DNA from: Longimicrobiales bacterium
GTDB taxonomy: Bacteria; Gemmatimonadota; Gemmatimonadetes; Longimicrobiales; Gaopeijiaceae
Direction of reading: 5' to 3'
DNA: 64,000 bases
NCBI GenBank assembly: GCA_965226375.1
Contig: CBDDCX010000004.1
Coordinates: 32,001-96,000 of the forward strand
This document shows positions 29,565-39,429 of the stretch, one piece after another. Position numbers and translations under genes: made by a program. Position 1 is the stretch's first letter. Each line of letters starts with the position of its first letter. The notes under the pieces are model-generated. The model worked only from the letters and a program-made list of their open reading frames with translations, searched no databases and was not told the DNA's origin.

Positions 29565-31553
29565 CTACGGCGTCTCCGACGTGTCGGGCGCCGCCCCCGG
29601 CACCAGCGTCTCGATGCGCAACTCGTGCCGCACCATCACCGTTCGCCCGTCCTGGTAGGCGATCTCGGTCTCCACCGCCAAGCTGTCTCGGTCCCCGTAC
29701 AGAGCCTCGACCAGCTCTGCATAACGCTCTCCAATGAAGCGTCGCCGCACCTTTCGTGTTCGGGTCAGCTCGGCGTCGTCCGCGTCCAGTTGCTTGTGCA
29801 GTAGCAGAAACCGGCAGACACGCGCGGCCTCGGGAAGGGTGGCGTTCACCTCCGCCACGTGATCGGTCACAAGGGCATAGACTTCCATCTTCTGCGCCAA
29901 GTCCGTGAACGTCGTGTACGCGATCTGATTCCGTTCGGCCCACTGGCCCGCGTTCTCGTAGTCGATGGCCACCAGGGCGGTCACGAACGGCCAATCCCCA
30001 CCAAAGACCACGGCCTCACGCACATAAGGGCTGAACTTCAGCTGATTTTCGATGAACTGGGGACTGAACGTGCTGCCGTCGGCCAGGATCATGACGTCCT
30101 TGGCCCGATCGATGACCACCAGGTGACCACGGTCGTCCATGTACCCGGCGTCACCGGATCGCAGCCATCCGTCTTTCAGCGCCTCGTCCGTGGCCTCGGC
30201 GTCCCCGTGGTACCCCATGAAGACCGCCGGGCTGCGGGTCAGGATCTCACCGTCTTCGGCGATCTTGACCTCGGTGCCGGGCAGGGGCGTTCCAACGGTC
30301 TGAAAGCGGATGTCCCCGTCGCGATGGACCACGCTGAGCCCGCTGACCTCGGTCTGGCCGTAGAGCTGCTTCAGGTTCACTCCCATGGCATGGAAGAACC
30401 GGAAGACGTCGGGGCCCAGCGCCGCACCACCCGTGTACGCTCGCCTTATGCGCCGTAAGCCGAGCTGATCCTTGAGTGGGATCAGTGTGAGAGCCGACGC
30501 CAGCCGGTGTTTCCACTCGAGTCCCCGCCCCGCCGCCCTCCCCTCGAAACGCGCGTCGGCCATCTCCTTCCCAACCGACATGGACCAGTCGTACACATAG
30601 CGCTTCAGGGGGGTGGAGTCCTCCATCTTGACCTGCACCTCGGACACCATGCTCTCCCAGATGCGGGGAGGTGAGACGATGGCCCTGGGCCCGATCTCAC
30701 GGAGATCGCGGCGCACCGTGCCCGAGTCCTCCGGAAAGTCGATCGTGAATCCGACGACGAGGGCCCACGAGAGCGTCACCATCTGCTCGCCGATCCAGGC
30801 CAGCGGCAGGAACGACACCACGTCGTCGTCCGCCACCATGGGATCGACCTGCTGAAGCTGCTCGGCCATGCTGATCAGGTTGGTGTGGCTGAGCATGGCC
30901 AGCTTGGGGATGCTGGTCGTACCCGATGTGGTACAGAGCAACGCAACACCGTTCGGATCGAGGGCTTGGAGGGTCGTTTCGAACAGGTCGGGCTGCTCAC
31001 GATCCAGCGCCTCACCCAGCTCTTCGACTATCGGGAAGAACAGAAGGTGCTCCGAGTCGTACGTGCCGAGCCCCTTCGCGTCGTGGTAGATGACCCGCTC
31101 AATGCCGGGAAGCTGCCCCTGCACATCCAGAACCTTGTCCACCTGCTCCTGGTCCTCCGCGACGACGATCCGCGCACCCGACGCCTCCAGGACGTATCGG
31201 AGCTCCTCGAGTACGGAGTCCTGATAGATGCCGACCGGCACGGCGCCAAGAGCCTGAGCGGCCAACTCGGAGATCACCCACTCAGGGCGGTTGTCACCGA
31301 TGATCGCAACCTTGTCACCAGGGACCACACCCAACGCCCGCAGGCCAAGGGAGAACCGGCGAACCCGGTCCAGATATCCGGCCCACGTCATCTCCTGCCA
31401 GACGCCGAACTCCTTCTCCCGGAGGGCGACGGCATCGGGGGTAACACGAGCACGGGAAACGAGGAGGCCCGGCAAGGTCGCGGTGGGAGAGGAGGCCTGC
31501 CCAGCGGCTCCCCCACGGTCGGCCATCGGCCCCGGGCGGACGTCGTCGCTCAC
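29565..31553 (-). CDS. Long-chain acyl-CoA synthetase (FadD-like AMP-binding protein)
   Basis: TTSGTTSIPK, YGQTE, SGDAG, IDRAKD, ELTRTRKVRR. Confidence 0.9.
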   Translation of the reverse strand: MSDDVRPGPMADRGGAAGQASSPTATLPGLLVSRARVTPDAVALREKEFGVWQEMTWAGYLDRVRRFSLGLRALGVVPGDKVAIIGDNRPEWVISELAAQALGAVPVGIYQDSVLEELRYVLEASGARIVVAEDQEQVDKVLDVQGQLPGIERVIYHDAKGLGTYDSEHLLFFPIVEELGEALDREQPDLFETTLQALDPNGVALLCTTSGTTSIPKLAMLSHTNLISMAEQLQQVDPMVADDDVVSFLPLAWIGEQMVTLSWALVVGFTIDFPEDSGTVRRDLREIGPRAIVSPPRIWESMVSEVQVKMEDSTPLKRYVYDWSMSVGKEMADARFEGRAAGRGLEWKHRLASALTLIPLKDQLGLRRIRRAYTGGAALGPDVFRFFHAMGVNLKQLYGQTEVSGLSVVHRDGDIRFQTVGTPLPGTEVKIAEDGEILTRSPAVFMGYHGDAEATDEALKDGWLRSGDAGYMDDRGHLVVIDRAKDVMILADGSTFSPQFIENQLKFSPYVREAVVFGGDWPFVTALVAIDYENAGQWAERNQIAYTTFTDLAQKMEVYALVTDHVAEVNATLPEAARVCRFLLLHKQLDADDAELTRTRKVRRRFIGERYAELVEALYGDRDSLAVETEIAYQDGRTVMVRHELRIETLVPGAAPDTSETP

Positions 31554-32344
31554 GGCCCCACCCCGCCGTTGCCATGGTCATCTCCCAGGTATGCCTCCAC
31601 GACAGCCCGATCCGTTCGGATCTGCTCCGGCGTCCCTTCCGCGATCTTCCTTCCGAAGTCGAGGACGGCCACGTGGTCCGAGATGTCCATGACCACGTCC
31701 ATGTCGTGATCGATCACGACCGGAGTCACACCCCACTCGTCGTTTACATCAAGCACGTAGCGGGCGAGCGCCTCCTTCTCTTCCGAGTTCATACCCGCCA
31801 TCGGCTCGTCGAGCAGCAGGAACTCGGGCTGCATGGCGAGAGCCCTACCTAGCTCCACGAGCTTTTGCTGTCCGTAGGCGAGATTCCCCACTCGAGAGCG
31901 TCGAATGGGCTGGAGCTCCAGGAAGTCGATGATCCGCTCTACCTCTTCCCGATGCTCAATCTCACGTGCCTGCTGACGTCCCCAATACAGACCGCAGCTC
32001 AACACGCTTCCCTCCATGTGGGCGTGGCGCCCGAGCATCAGGTTGTCGAGCACGGTCATGTGCTTGAACAGCTCGATGTTCTGGAAGGTGCGAGCGATGC
32101 CAAGCCGGGCGATCCGGTGCGGAGCGAGACGGTCGATGCGATGTTCGGCCCCGGCCTCATCGGTCAGCGTGATCGATCCCTCCTGAGGCCGGTACAATCC
32201 GCACAGGCAGTTCAGCAGGCTGGTCTTGCCCGCTCCGTTGGGACCGATCAGCGCCTGCAGAGGGCCGCGACGAAACGTGATACTGACGTCGTCGAGCGCC
32301 GTCACACCTCCAAAGTGGAGGGTGAGCCCCTCTACACGAATCAG
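31550..32344 (-). CDS. Branched-chain-type ABC transporter ATP-binding subunit (LivG-like), probable CTG start
   Basis: GPNGAGKTS, RTFQNIELF, LAYGQQK, DEPMAG; conserved N-terminus LIRVEGLTLHFGG lies upstream of the first GTG. Confidence 0.9.
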   Translation of the reverse strand: MIRVEGLTLHFGGVTALDDVSITFRRGPLQALIGPNGAGKTSLLNCLCGLYRPQEGSITLTDEAGAEHRIDRLAPHRIARLGIARTFQNIELFKHMTVLDNLMLGRHAHMEGSVLSCGLYWGRQQAREIEHREEVERIIDFLELQPIRRSRVGNLAYGQQKLVELGRALAMQPEFLLLDEPMAGMNSEEKEALARYVLDVNDEWGVTPVVIDHDMDVVMDISDHVAVLDFGRKIAEGTPEQIRTDRAVVEAYLGDDHGNGGVGP

Positions 32345-33483
32345 ACCCAGCCCCTCCTTCTGAACATCCGAAGCGTGTCTGCGAAGCGCTCCAGCCCCTC
32401 AGGCATGGCAGAGAGGGACAGACGATTGTACGAGAGCATCGGCGGGAAAGGCCGCCCCACCAGAATCCCCTGCTCCTCCATGCGGCGGATGTAGTCGTTC
32501 TGATCACCTAGGATCTCGTGGAACAGAAACGCGGTGTGACTCTTGAAGTAGTCGAGCTCGAGCTCGTCCAGACACTCCGTGACCACCGCTTTGCACCGAT
32601 CCCACGTGGCGAGGCTCTTCTCGTACCACCCCTCGTCTTCGAGCGCTCCGATGGCCGCCTCGACGGCCAGCGTGTTGGGGTTGGAACGGGTGGCGTGAAG
32701 CTGCAGCTTTGCGGCGGTCTCAGCGCCACAGATTCCGTAGCCGATACGGAGTCCGGCGATGCCGTAGAGCTTCGAGAACGTGCGGGTGACCAACACATTC
32801 GAGCGCTCCGACGCCCACTTCTCCGCCGACCAGTAGCTCGCGTCGTCCACGAAGGGATAGTACGCCTCGTCGACGATGAAGAAGACGTTGTCGGCGGCCG
32901 ACGCAAACCAATCGTCCAGTGCCGCGCTTGGTGTGATCGTGCCTGTCGGATTGTTGGGATTGCAGATGTAGACCACCGTGGGCTCGGACCACCCCTCGGC
33001 CATGCTGCGCATCCGCTCCACGTCGTGCGCGAACTCGCTCGTGAGGGGCACCTGCTCGATCCGGTACGGATGAGGCCGCGCGTAGTCGATGGCATTCTCG
33101 TACGTCGGGATCGCCTGAAGGATACGACTCTCCGGAGAGGCGTGAGCCTCGATGGTCATGCGGATGACCTCGGTGGAGCCGGATCCGAGAACCACCTGAG
33201 CGTCGCTCACCCCGTGAAGCTCGGCGATCCGGGCCACGAGCGTCTCATCTCGGGGCCCGGGATAGTGGGGCACCTCCTCCATAGCGGCGAGAATGGCGGC
33301 ATGCGCCTTCGGCGGAATACCGAGCGGGTTGGCATTGTGGTTCAGGCGCAGAATGCCGTCCTGAACCGGCGCCGCCACGGAAAACGCCCCCGCCGGGCCG
33401 GCTTCTGCCAAAGCCACGTTCGGCAGGGCCGCCAGCCCCACCGAGGCCTTCGCCCCATTAGAAATAAATACGCGGCGATCCAT
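32341..33483 (-). CDS. PLP-dependent class I/II aminotransferase (HisC-like) with a Tat signal
   Basis: CNPNNPTG, DEAY, RTFSKLYGIAGLRIGY; N-terminal MDRRVFI...ALA. Confidence 0.87.
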   Translation of the reverse strand: MDRRVFISNGAKASVGLAALPNVALAEAGPAGAFSVAAPVQDGILRLNHNANPLGIPPKAHAAILAAMEEVPHYPGPRDETLVARIAELHGVSDAQVVLGSGSTEVIRMTIEAHASPESRILQAIPTYENAIDYARPHPYRIEQVPLTSEFAHDVERMRSMAEGWSEPTVVYICNPNNPTGTITPSAALDDWFASAADNVFFIVDEAYYPFVDDASYWSAEKWASERSNVLVTRTFSKLYGIAGLRIGYGICGAETAAKLQLHATRSNPNTLAVEAAIGALEDEGWYEKSLATWDRCKAVVTECLDELELDYFKSHTAFLFHEILGDQNDYIRRMEEQGILVGRPFPPMLSYNRLSLSAMPEGLERFADTLRMFRRRGWV

Positions 33484-33560
33484 GCTCACCTCCTAGCGCT
33501 ATGGGATGAAGCGGTCATCCGAAGATCCGAGTGTCCGTCCCGAGTCCCCTCCTCTGCGAC

Positions 33561-36197
33561 CTACCAGCCTTCGTGCGAACAGTATGGAGCCGCCTGGTCG
33601 AGCCAACTCAGCCCGTACGAGAGGCCGCTCGGGCCTCTGGACCTCCAAGCCGCCGACCCCGAGCCACCCAGGAAGTCCATCGCGGGCATGCCGATCGGGG
33701 CGCCCGGCGGCGCGTTCGGCGCCGACTGCAAGCCGTAGGGCTCGCCCGGCCGCTCGAGGAACCGGCCGATGTCTAATGCGAGCAGACGCTCGCTCGCGAG
33801 CTGAGCGTCGAACGGGACATCGATGCTCGCCACCATCGGCGCACTCTGGGTTTCCCACAAGTTGCGTGCGCGCTCCAGATATGCCGTCGTAAGTGCTCTG
33901 ACCTGGGGCATGGCCGCCCCACCCGCCAAGGCCATCATGCGATCGATCGCCACGCTGCGCACCGACCTGCGGATCTCGGCCTCGTATGGAGAATCCGCCT
34001 CGTCCACGCCGGTGGCCATGAGCAGCGCGAGAATCACTTCCTCGAGCCCCGGCAGCGACGGATCGAGCGCGTGCTGCTCGACCAGACGCGCAGCCCGGTC
34101 CGGCTGCAGCAGCTCCGAGATGGTGTGGTCGGACGCCACGACCGCCGGCGAGATCGCATCGAACATAGAGCCCGTGTAGCGGGGGAACAGCTCCCTGGTG
34201 CGCCCATACCCGCCCGGCCTGGGAGGCAGCGCAGCGAGTACACTCTGTGGGATGGCCAGAGCCGAGGGCTCCAGCGTGGCTAGGAGCGACTGGATGGCCG
34301 CCCGCTGATCATCGCCTGATACGTGCTCCACCGGTGTACGCCCGTCCCCGCGGAACGCGTAGATGTAGTGGAGGCCACCCACCGACGAAGCCGTCGAGGT
34401 CACCTGGTATCGGTGGTGCATATAGACCGGAACCAGCACCTCTTCCATCGTCGCCATGGGCCGGCCGGTCTTGATGACGCGCTCCCCGAACCGGTCTAAC
34501 GCGTGCCGGCGCACTTCCATGATCGCGTCGAGGTCGGCGCTGGGATTCTTGCCGTTCACCCACTGATCGACCCTCGCGTGCGCCGACTGGTCCTGATTGG
34601 AGAGGTAACGGATGTCTTGGGCCCAAGCGTCGTCCAGGATCCTCTGGAGCGCCGGGCCGGCCTCGGCCTCATCGGCGTAGACCGAGTATCCGTAGGCGAT
34701 CGCCACCCGGTCCCATTCGCCGATCTCGGCTTCGTATACGTCCGAGAAGTCGATGCGCCCGCCTTCGAGCGTCACCAGCGCCGTCGGATAGTCCATCACC
34801 GAAATACGCCCGACCTCACTGTTGTAGTAGTTGTGCCCCAGACCGATGGTGTGGCCCACCTCGTGTGCACTCAGCTGACGAATGCGGGCGAGCGCCCACT
34901 CGGCGAGCTCGGGAGGCGTCTCGTCGCCGTTCTCATAGGGAGCCAGCAGCCCTTCGGCGATCATGTAGTCCTGACGGATGCGGAGCGATCCGAGCGTCAC
35001 CCTTCCCTTGAGGATCTCACCGGTACGAGGGTCCGTGACCGATCCGCCCGAGCTCCAACCGCGTGTCGACCGATGCACCCAGTTGATCACGTTGTAGCGG
35101 ATGTCGTGTGAGCTGACCTCCGGCGGCCGCAGCTCCATCCGGAAACCACCCTCGAACCCGGCCGTCTCAAAGGCCTGATTCCACCAACTGCCTCCTTCGA
35201 GGAGCGCGGAACGAATCGGCTCAGGCGTCCCGGGATCCAGGTAGTAGATGATGGGCTCGATGGGCGCGCTCACCGCCTGTGCCGGATTCCGCTTCTCCAG
35301 GCGGTGGCGCCGCACGAAGCGCTTGGTCATGGGCTCGCCCAACGGCGTCGAATAGTCGTCGAACGTCATGCTGCCGAACCCGGACCGCGGATCGTACAAA
35401 CGGGGGGTATACGTTCCCAACTCTGGGAGCTTGATGAAGGAGTGATGCACCCGAAGCGTCGGCGCCTCGGCGCTGGCCGCAACGTCTCCCACTCCCTGGA
35501 ATCCATCGGCGTCGCCGCCACCTCCGAACCCGCCGCCTCCACCCGTCCCCCCCGGCTGCAGCGCAAAGGTCAGTGAGACCTCGATCTCGGTGTTCTCCGG
35601 GAAGCCCATGGTCATCGGCATGTAGACGGCGCTTCGGGCAGTGTCCACCCGGTACGTTCCCGGCCGCATCCGCCGCGCGTAGTTCCCCACATCCCGCATC
35701 AAGAAGTCGGTCGCGTCCACCAAGACGCGCTCACCCGTCTCTGCAGCCACCGTGAAGCCGGCGAGCGTGGAGGGCGCGAACGCGTCCTCAACCGCCTCGA
35801 CCTCGTTGGGGTTGGTCGATGACGCTCGAAAGCGATAGTTCGGTTGGATCATTAAGACCTTCGGACCCACCCTGTGGAAGCGCACGGCGCGGGAGCCGCC
35901 CCCGGATCCGCGGTCGAGGCCGAGGTCGTTGGAGCCCAATCCGGCGGCGAGTCCCGCCATGTGCATCAGATCGGTGTCCCACAGAGAGATCTCCAGCCAG
36001 ATCTTGCCGGCGGACTCCTCCCAAAAGAGCGGCACGAAGCCGTCGATCCTCTGCATGCCCTCCGTCTTGTCTTCGATGGACGGTGGTGGGCCACTCTCTT
36101 CGTCACCACCGCCGCCCTGAGCGAGCACCGATGTCGGCATGGCGAGGAAGAAGGCGAACGTGCAGATGGCGAGGAGCGGGGTGGCTGCCCTGGGCAT
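33561..36197 (-). CDS. Exported zinc-dependent metalloprotease (DUF5117/DUF4953 metzincin)
   Basis: HEVGHTIGLGHN zinc motif, SVMDY Met-turn, WNQAFE, DPRTGEILKG. Confidence 0.9.
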   Translation of the reverse strand: MPRAATPLLAICTFAFFLAMPTSVLAQGGGGDEESGPPPSIEDKTEGMQRIDGFVPLFWEESAGKIWLEISLWDTDLMHMAGLAAGLGSNDLGLDRGSGGGSRAVRFHRVGPKVLMIQPNYRFRASSTNPNEVEAVEDAFAPSTLAGFTVAAETGERVLVDATDFLMRDVGNYARRMRPGTYRVDTARSAVYMPMTMGFPENTEIEVSLTFALQPGGTGGGGGFGGGGDADGFQGVGDVAASAEAPTLRVHHSFIKLPELGTYTPRLYDPRSGFGSMTFDDYSTPLGEPMTKRFVRRHRLEKRNPAQAVSAPIEPIIYYLDPGTPEPIRSALLEGGSWWNQAFETAGFEGGFRMELRPPEVSSHDIRYNVINWVHRSTRGWSSGGSVTDPRTGEILKGRVTLGSLRIRQDYMIAEGLLAPYENGDETPPELAEWALARIRQLSAHEVGHTIGLGHNYYNSEVGRISVMDYPTALVTLEGGRIDFSDVYEAEIGEWDRVAIAYGYSVYADEAEAGPALQRILDDAWAQDIRYLSNQDQSAHARVDQWVNGKNPSADLDAIMEVRRHALDRFGERVIKTGRPMATMEEVLVPVYMHHRYQVTSTASSVGGLHYIYAFRGDGRTPVEHVSGDDQRAAIQSLLATLEPSALAIPQSVLAALPPRPGGYGRTRELFPRYTGSMFDAISPAVVASDHTISELLQPDRAARLVEQHALDPSLPGLEEVILALLMATGVDEADSPYEAEIRRSVRSVAIDRMMALAGGAAMPQVRALTTAYLERARNLWETQSAPMVASIDVPFDAQLASERLLALDIGRFLERPGEPYGLQSAPNAPPGAPIGMPAMDFLGGSGSAAWRSRGPSGLSYGLSWLDQAAPYCSHEGW

Positions 36198-36404
36198 TGA
36201 GATCCTCCTGAACGAGCTGGTTCTTTAGCGTGCAGTGCCTTTCAAAGTCGGAGGGAGATGGTAGTCGCTCCGGACAGGTGGTGCCATGCTTGGGGCGCCC
36301 TACCGGCCAGCCGAATGGCGGTGGCTGCGTACCCTGCCGTGGCTATGGTTGGCATATTATCTTTTCGGGAATGCAACTCAACGCTCACGAGCAGTCCTAG
36401 GGGG

Positions 36405-36863
36405 ATGATGATGATGACCCCGATGATGAAGTTGGTAGCGGGAATGATGGGACTGGCCTTGCTGCTTCCTGCCTCCGCGGTCGCTCAGTCCCCCAAGGAG
36501 AGTGCGGCGGTGGAACGGGCCGCTCTGGACTATCTCGAAGGCTTCTATGAGGGCTCCACCGACAAGATTCGCCGAGGGGTTCACCCCGACGTGGTCAAGT
36601 TCGGGTTCGCGAAGCAGGACGGGTCCTATAGCGAAAGTCCCATGTCGTTCGACGAGATGTTGGCCTATGCGACTCGCGTGAAGGAGAGCGGTCGCACCCG
36701 CGATGAGAACACCGTGAAACGGGTCGAAATCCTCGACATCCTCGACCAGACCGCCGCGGTGAAGGTCTACGCCTGGTGGGGCAGCGACTACCTACACATG
36801 GCCAAGTACGAGGGCGACTGGAAGATCGTCCAGGTTCTCTGGCAGACGCCACCTACGGACTAA
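36405..36863 (+). CDS. NTF2-like (lumazine-binding 2 type) exported protein
   Basis: AALDYLEGFYEG, VHPD, WGSDYLHMAKYEGDWKIVQVLW; several possible ATG starts. Confidence 0.82.
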   Translation: MMMMTPMMKLVAGMMGLALLLPASAVAQSPKESAAVERAALDYLEGFYEGSTDKIRRGVHPDVVKFGFAKQDGSYSESPMSFDEMLAYATRVKESGRTRDENTVKRVEILDILDQTAAVKVYAWWGSDYLHMAKYEGDWKIVQVLWQTPPTD

Positions 36864-36922
36864 GCGTTCTCCGTGGTACCGGGGCCGACGAAGAAGAACC
36901 GGAGGGCGGGGAGCGGCCGTCG

Positions 36923-38065
36923 ATGAGTGATACCGCCGACGTGGTCGTCATTGGCGCGGGGATCACCGGCGCCTCCTCGGCGTGGCACCTGGCCTCTCGG
37001 GGCCTGAGCGTGACCGTGCTCGAAAAGGACATCGCTCCCGCCATGGGGTCCACCGGGAAGAGCGCAGCCGGTGTTCGGGTGCAGTTCACCACCGAGGCCA
37101 ACATTCGCCTGTCCATGTACTCCCTACCCATCTATCGGGAGTTCAAGGAGCGGCATGGCCACGACGTGGGGTATCGGGACATCGGGTATCTCTTGCTCGT
37201 GCCCCACGAGAAGTGGGAGCGACACCTCGAGTCGGTCGAGTTACAGAGAAGCCTGGGAGCCCCCGTCGAGGTCCTGGACCCCGTCGAGGCGCAACGGTAC
37301 GTCAGCTTCGAGACCGAGGACCTGGCGGGTGCCACCTACGGCCCTTGGGATGGCGTGATCGATCCTCACATGGCCACGCACGCCTGGGTCTCCATGGGTA
37401 AAGACCTCGGTGTGGACTACCGGCTCAACTCACCCGTGACCAGCATCGAGCGGAGCGGGACCGGGTGGGTGGTCCAAAGCGAGACGAAGGCCGTCCACTG
37501 CGGACATGTCGTCAACGCCGCGGGAGCATGGTCCGCTCAGATCGGCTCGCTCGCCGGCCTCGATGTGCCCGTCGGACCCAAGCGCATCCAGATCTTTCTC
37601 AGTGCGCCGATCGATGACCCGCGCACCTACCCGCTCACCATCGATCTCACCACCGGTGTGTACTTGAGAAGCGAAGGAAATCGCATCCTCTTCGGCCGAG
37701 ACGATCTAGATCAGGACTTCGGATTCACCGAGGGGATGGATTGGGACTGGTTGGAGCACGTGCTCCTCACCGGCGTGCCTCGATATCCCTGGTGGGAAGA
37801 CCTGGGCGTCGACCGGAAGGGGAGCTGGTGGGGATACTACGCCGTGTCGCCCGACAACAGTCCGATTATCGGCCCCAACCCCGGCGCCGAGCGATGGATC
37901 GACGCGTGTGGGTTCTCCGGCCATGGAATCATGCACGCGCCGGTGGCGGGCCTTGCCGTGTCGGAATTCGTCGCGGACGGGAAGTCACACACGTTGGACA
38001 TGAGCCCGTTCCGGCACGGACGTTTCGGGGAGGAAGGCTTGGCCGTGGAGACGAACATCTTCTAG
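36923..38065 (+). CDS. FAD-dependent oxidoreductase (DAO / sarcosine oxidase beta family)
   Basis: VVVIGAGITG Rossmann motif, GSTGKSAAGVRVQF, SPDNSPIIG, GFSGHGIMHAP. Confidence 0.9.
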   Translation: MSDTADVVVIGAGITGASSAWHLASRGLSVTVLEKDIAPAMGSTGKSAAGVRVQFTTEANIRLSMYSLPIYREFKERHGHDVGYRDIGYLLLVPHEKWERHLESVELQRSLGAPVEVLDPVEAQRYVSFETEDLAGATYGPWDGVIDPHMATHAWVSMGKDLGVDYRLNSPVTSIERSGTGWVVQSETKAVHCGHVVNAAGAWSAQIGSLAGLDVPVGPKRIQIFLSAPIDDPRTYPLTIDLTTGVYLRSEGNRILFGRDDLDQDFGFTEGMDWDWLEHVLLTGVPRYPWWEDLGVDRKGSWWGYYAVSPDNSPIIGPNPGAERWIDACGFSGHGIMHAPVAGLAVSEFVADGKSHTLDMSPFRHGRFGEEGLAVETNIF

Positions 38066-38217
38066 GGGTCTCACGCCTAAGCGATCTCGACGATAGGCTC
38101 ATTCGAGTATTCTGCCGTCCCGCCTCCGCCGGCAGATTCATCGGTATGAACGAGCGCCCAGCCATTCGCCGTCGTCAGATCCGCCGGAGAGTCGAGGCAG
38201 GCCCAGGCCTCGATCTC

Positions 38218-39267
38218 ATGAAGAACTCGAACAGGGCTCCCCCGCAGCAGCAAGAGAGGTGGGATCGAGACAAGTTTCTCAGGCGAGTCGTGGCTCTGAT
38301 ACGACGTAGGCATCTTAGCACGCGCACCGAGAAGACCTATGTGCGTTGGATTCGCCGCTACCTGTCTTACCACGGGAGCAAGGATCCGGTGGCGATGGCG
38401 AGTCCCGAGATCGACCAGTTCCTATCCCACCTGGCCGATGAGCTCGGGCTGGGCGCCGACTCCCAAAACCAGGCTGCATCATCGATCGCGTTCCTCTACA
38501 GAGAGCTCTATGGATGGGACCTGGCCGCACGTGAGGGCATCACCCGGGCGAAGGAACCCCATGTACTGCCGAAGTACGCTCCCCCTGAAGAGGTGGATCG
38601 TTTCATGGCGGAGTTGCACGGGCTACCGCTGCTGGCGTCGACCATCATCTACGGTGCGGGGCCACGGGTGAGTGAGGTCGTGGCCATTAGAGTGAAGGAC
38701 CTGAACCTGACGAACAGGGAGTTGATGATCCGCTCGGGGAAGGGAAACAAGGATCGCATCACCGTTCTCCCGACCGCCGCCATCAGCTCGATCAGAGACC
38801 AGATCGAAGCCGTCGCCGACCAACATGCGCTGGATCTGGAGGCCGATCACGGCTGGGCATACCTTCCGGGTGCCTTGCATCGGAAGGATCCCGAGGCCGG
38901 GTGGGACCTGGCATGGCAGTTCCTCTTCCCTTCCACCAAGATCACCGAGGACAAAAAAACGAAGCGAAGGGGACGTCGCCCCATCCACATCACGAGCATC
39001 CAACGCCCGATCAAGAACGCATGGCGTAGGTCCGGCGTGCATAGTCCGATCACTGCGCACGTGCTCCGCCACTGCTTCGCCACCGAACTGGCTCGCTCCG
39101 GGTGCGACATGCGCACGCTTCAGCAGCTCATGGGTCACAACGACATCCGCACAACGATGCGATATCTCCACTTCCTGGACCGACCCGGACTGAACATTGA
39201 GAGCCCATTCGACCGACTTCCGAGCCAGCAGAAGAACCGGCTCGAGACCGAATTGTTAGATGGGTGA
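38218..39267 (+). CDS. intI: Integron integrase (tyrosine recombinase)
   Basis: RTEKTYVRWIRRY, SQNQA..FLY, YGAGPR..E, GKGNKDR, integron-specific insert YLPGALHRKDPEAGWDLAWQFLFPS, HVLRHCFAT, LMGHNDIRTTMRY; alternative start at 38146. Confidence 0.92.
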   Translation: MKNSNRAPPQQQERWDRDKFLRRVVALIRRRHLSTRTEKTYVRWIRRYLSYHGSKDPVAMASPEIDQFLSHLADELGLGADSQNQAASSIAFLYRELYGWDLAAREGITRAKEPHVLPKYAPPEEVDRFMAELHGLPLLASTIIYGAGPRVSEVVAIRVKDLNLTNRELMIRSGKGNKDRITVLPTAAISSIRDQIEAVADQHALDLEADHGWAYLPGALHRKDPEAGWDLAWQFLFPSTKITEDKKTKRRGRRPIHITSIQRPIKNAWRRSGVHSPITAHVLRHCFATELARSGCDMRTLQQLMGHNDIRTTMRYLHFLDRPGLNIESPFDRLPSQQKNRLETELLDG

Positions 39268-39389
39268 CCCCGCAGCCCAATCGATTATCGCAGACCCAAC
39301 CTCGTGCCGAGCGTCAGCATCGGTGCGACTTTTCGGGCCCCTCGTTGCGCTCGCGCCGCCATCCGCCCCATCCTGAAGCGCAGAACGCA

Positions 39390-39408
39390 ATCCAATTAGT
39401 AGTTAGGC
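39390..39408 (+). other. Putative attI recombination site
   Basis: ATCCAAT-TAGTA-GTTAGGC: L box, 5-nt spacer and GTTRRRY R box, the same geometry as attI1; followed by GGAGGAGG and an ATG 21 nt later. Confidence 0.7.
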
Positions 39409-39429
39409 GGCGCACCCGGAGGAGGCGAG

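Noticed and set aside
37741..38145. Long N-terminal extensions in the ORF track (intI from 37741, YncE from 45108, livH from 29994, DUF420 from 5283)
   Set aside because: They overlap upstream genes in another frame and lack family similarity; downstream starts fit better
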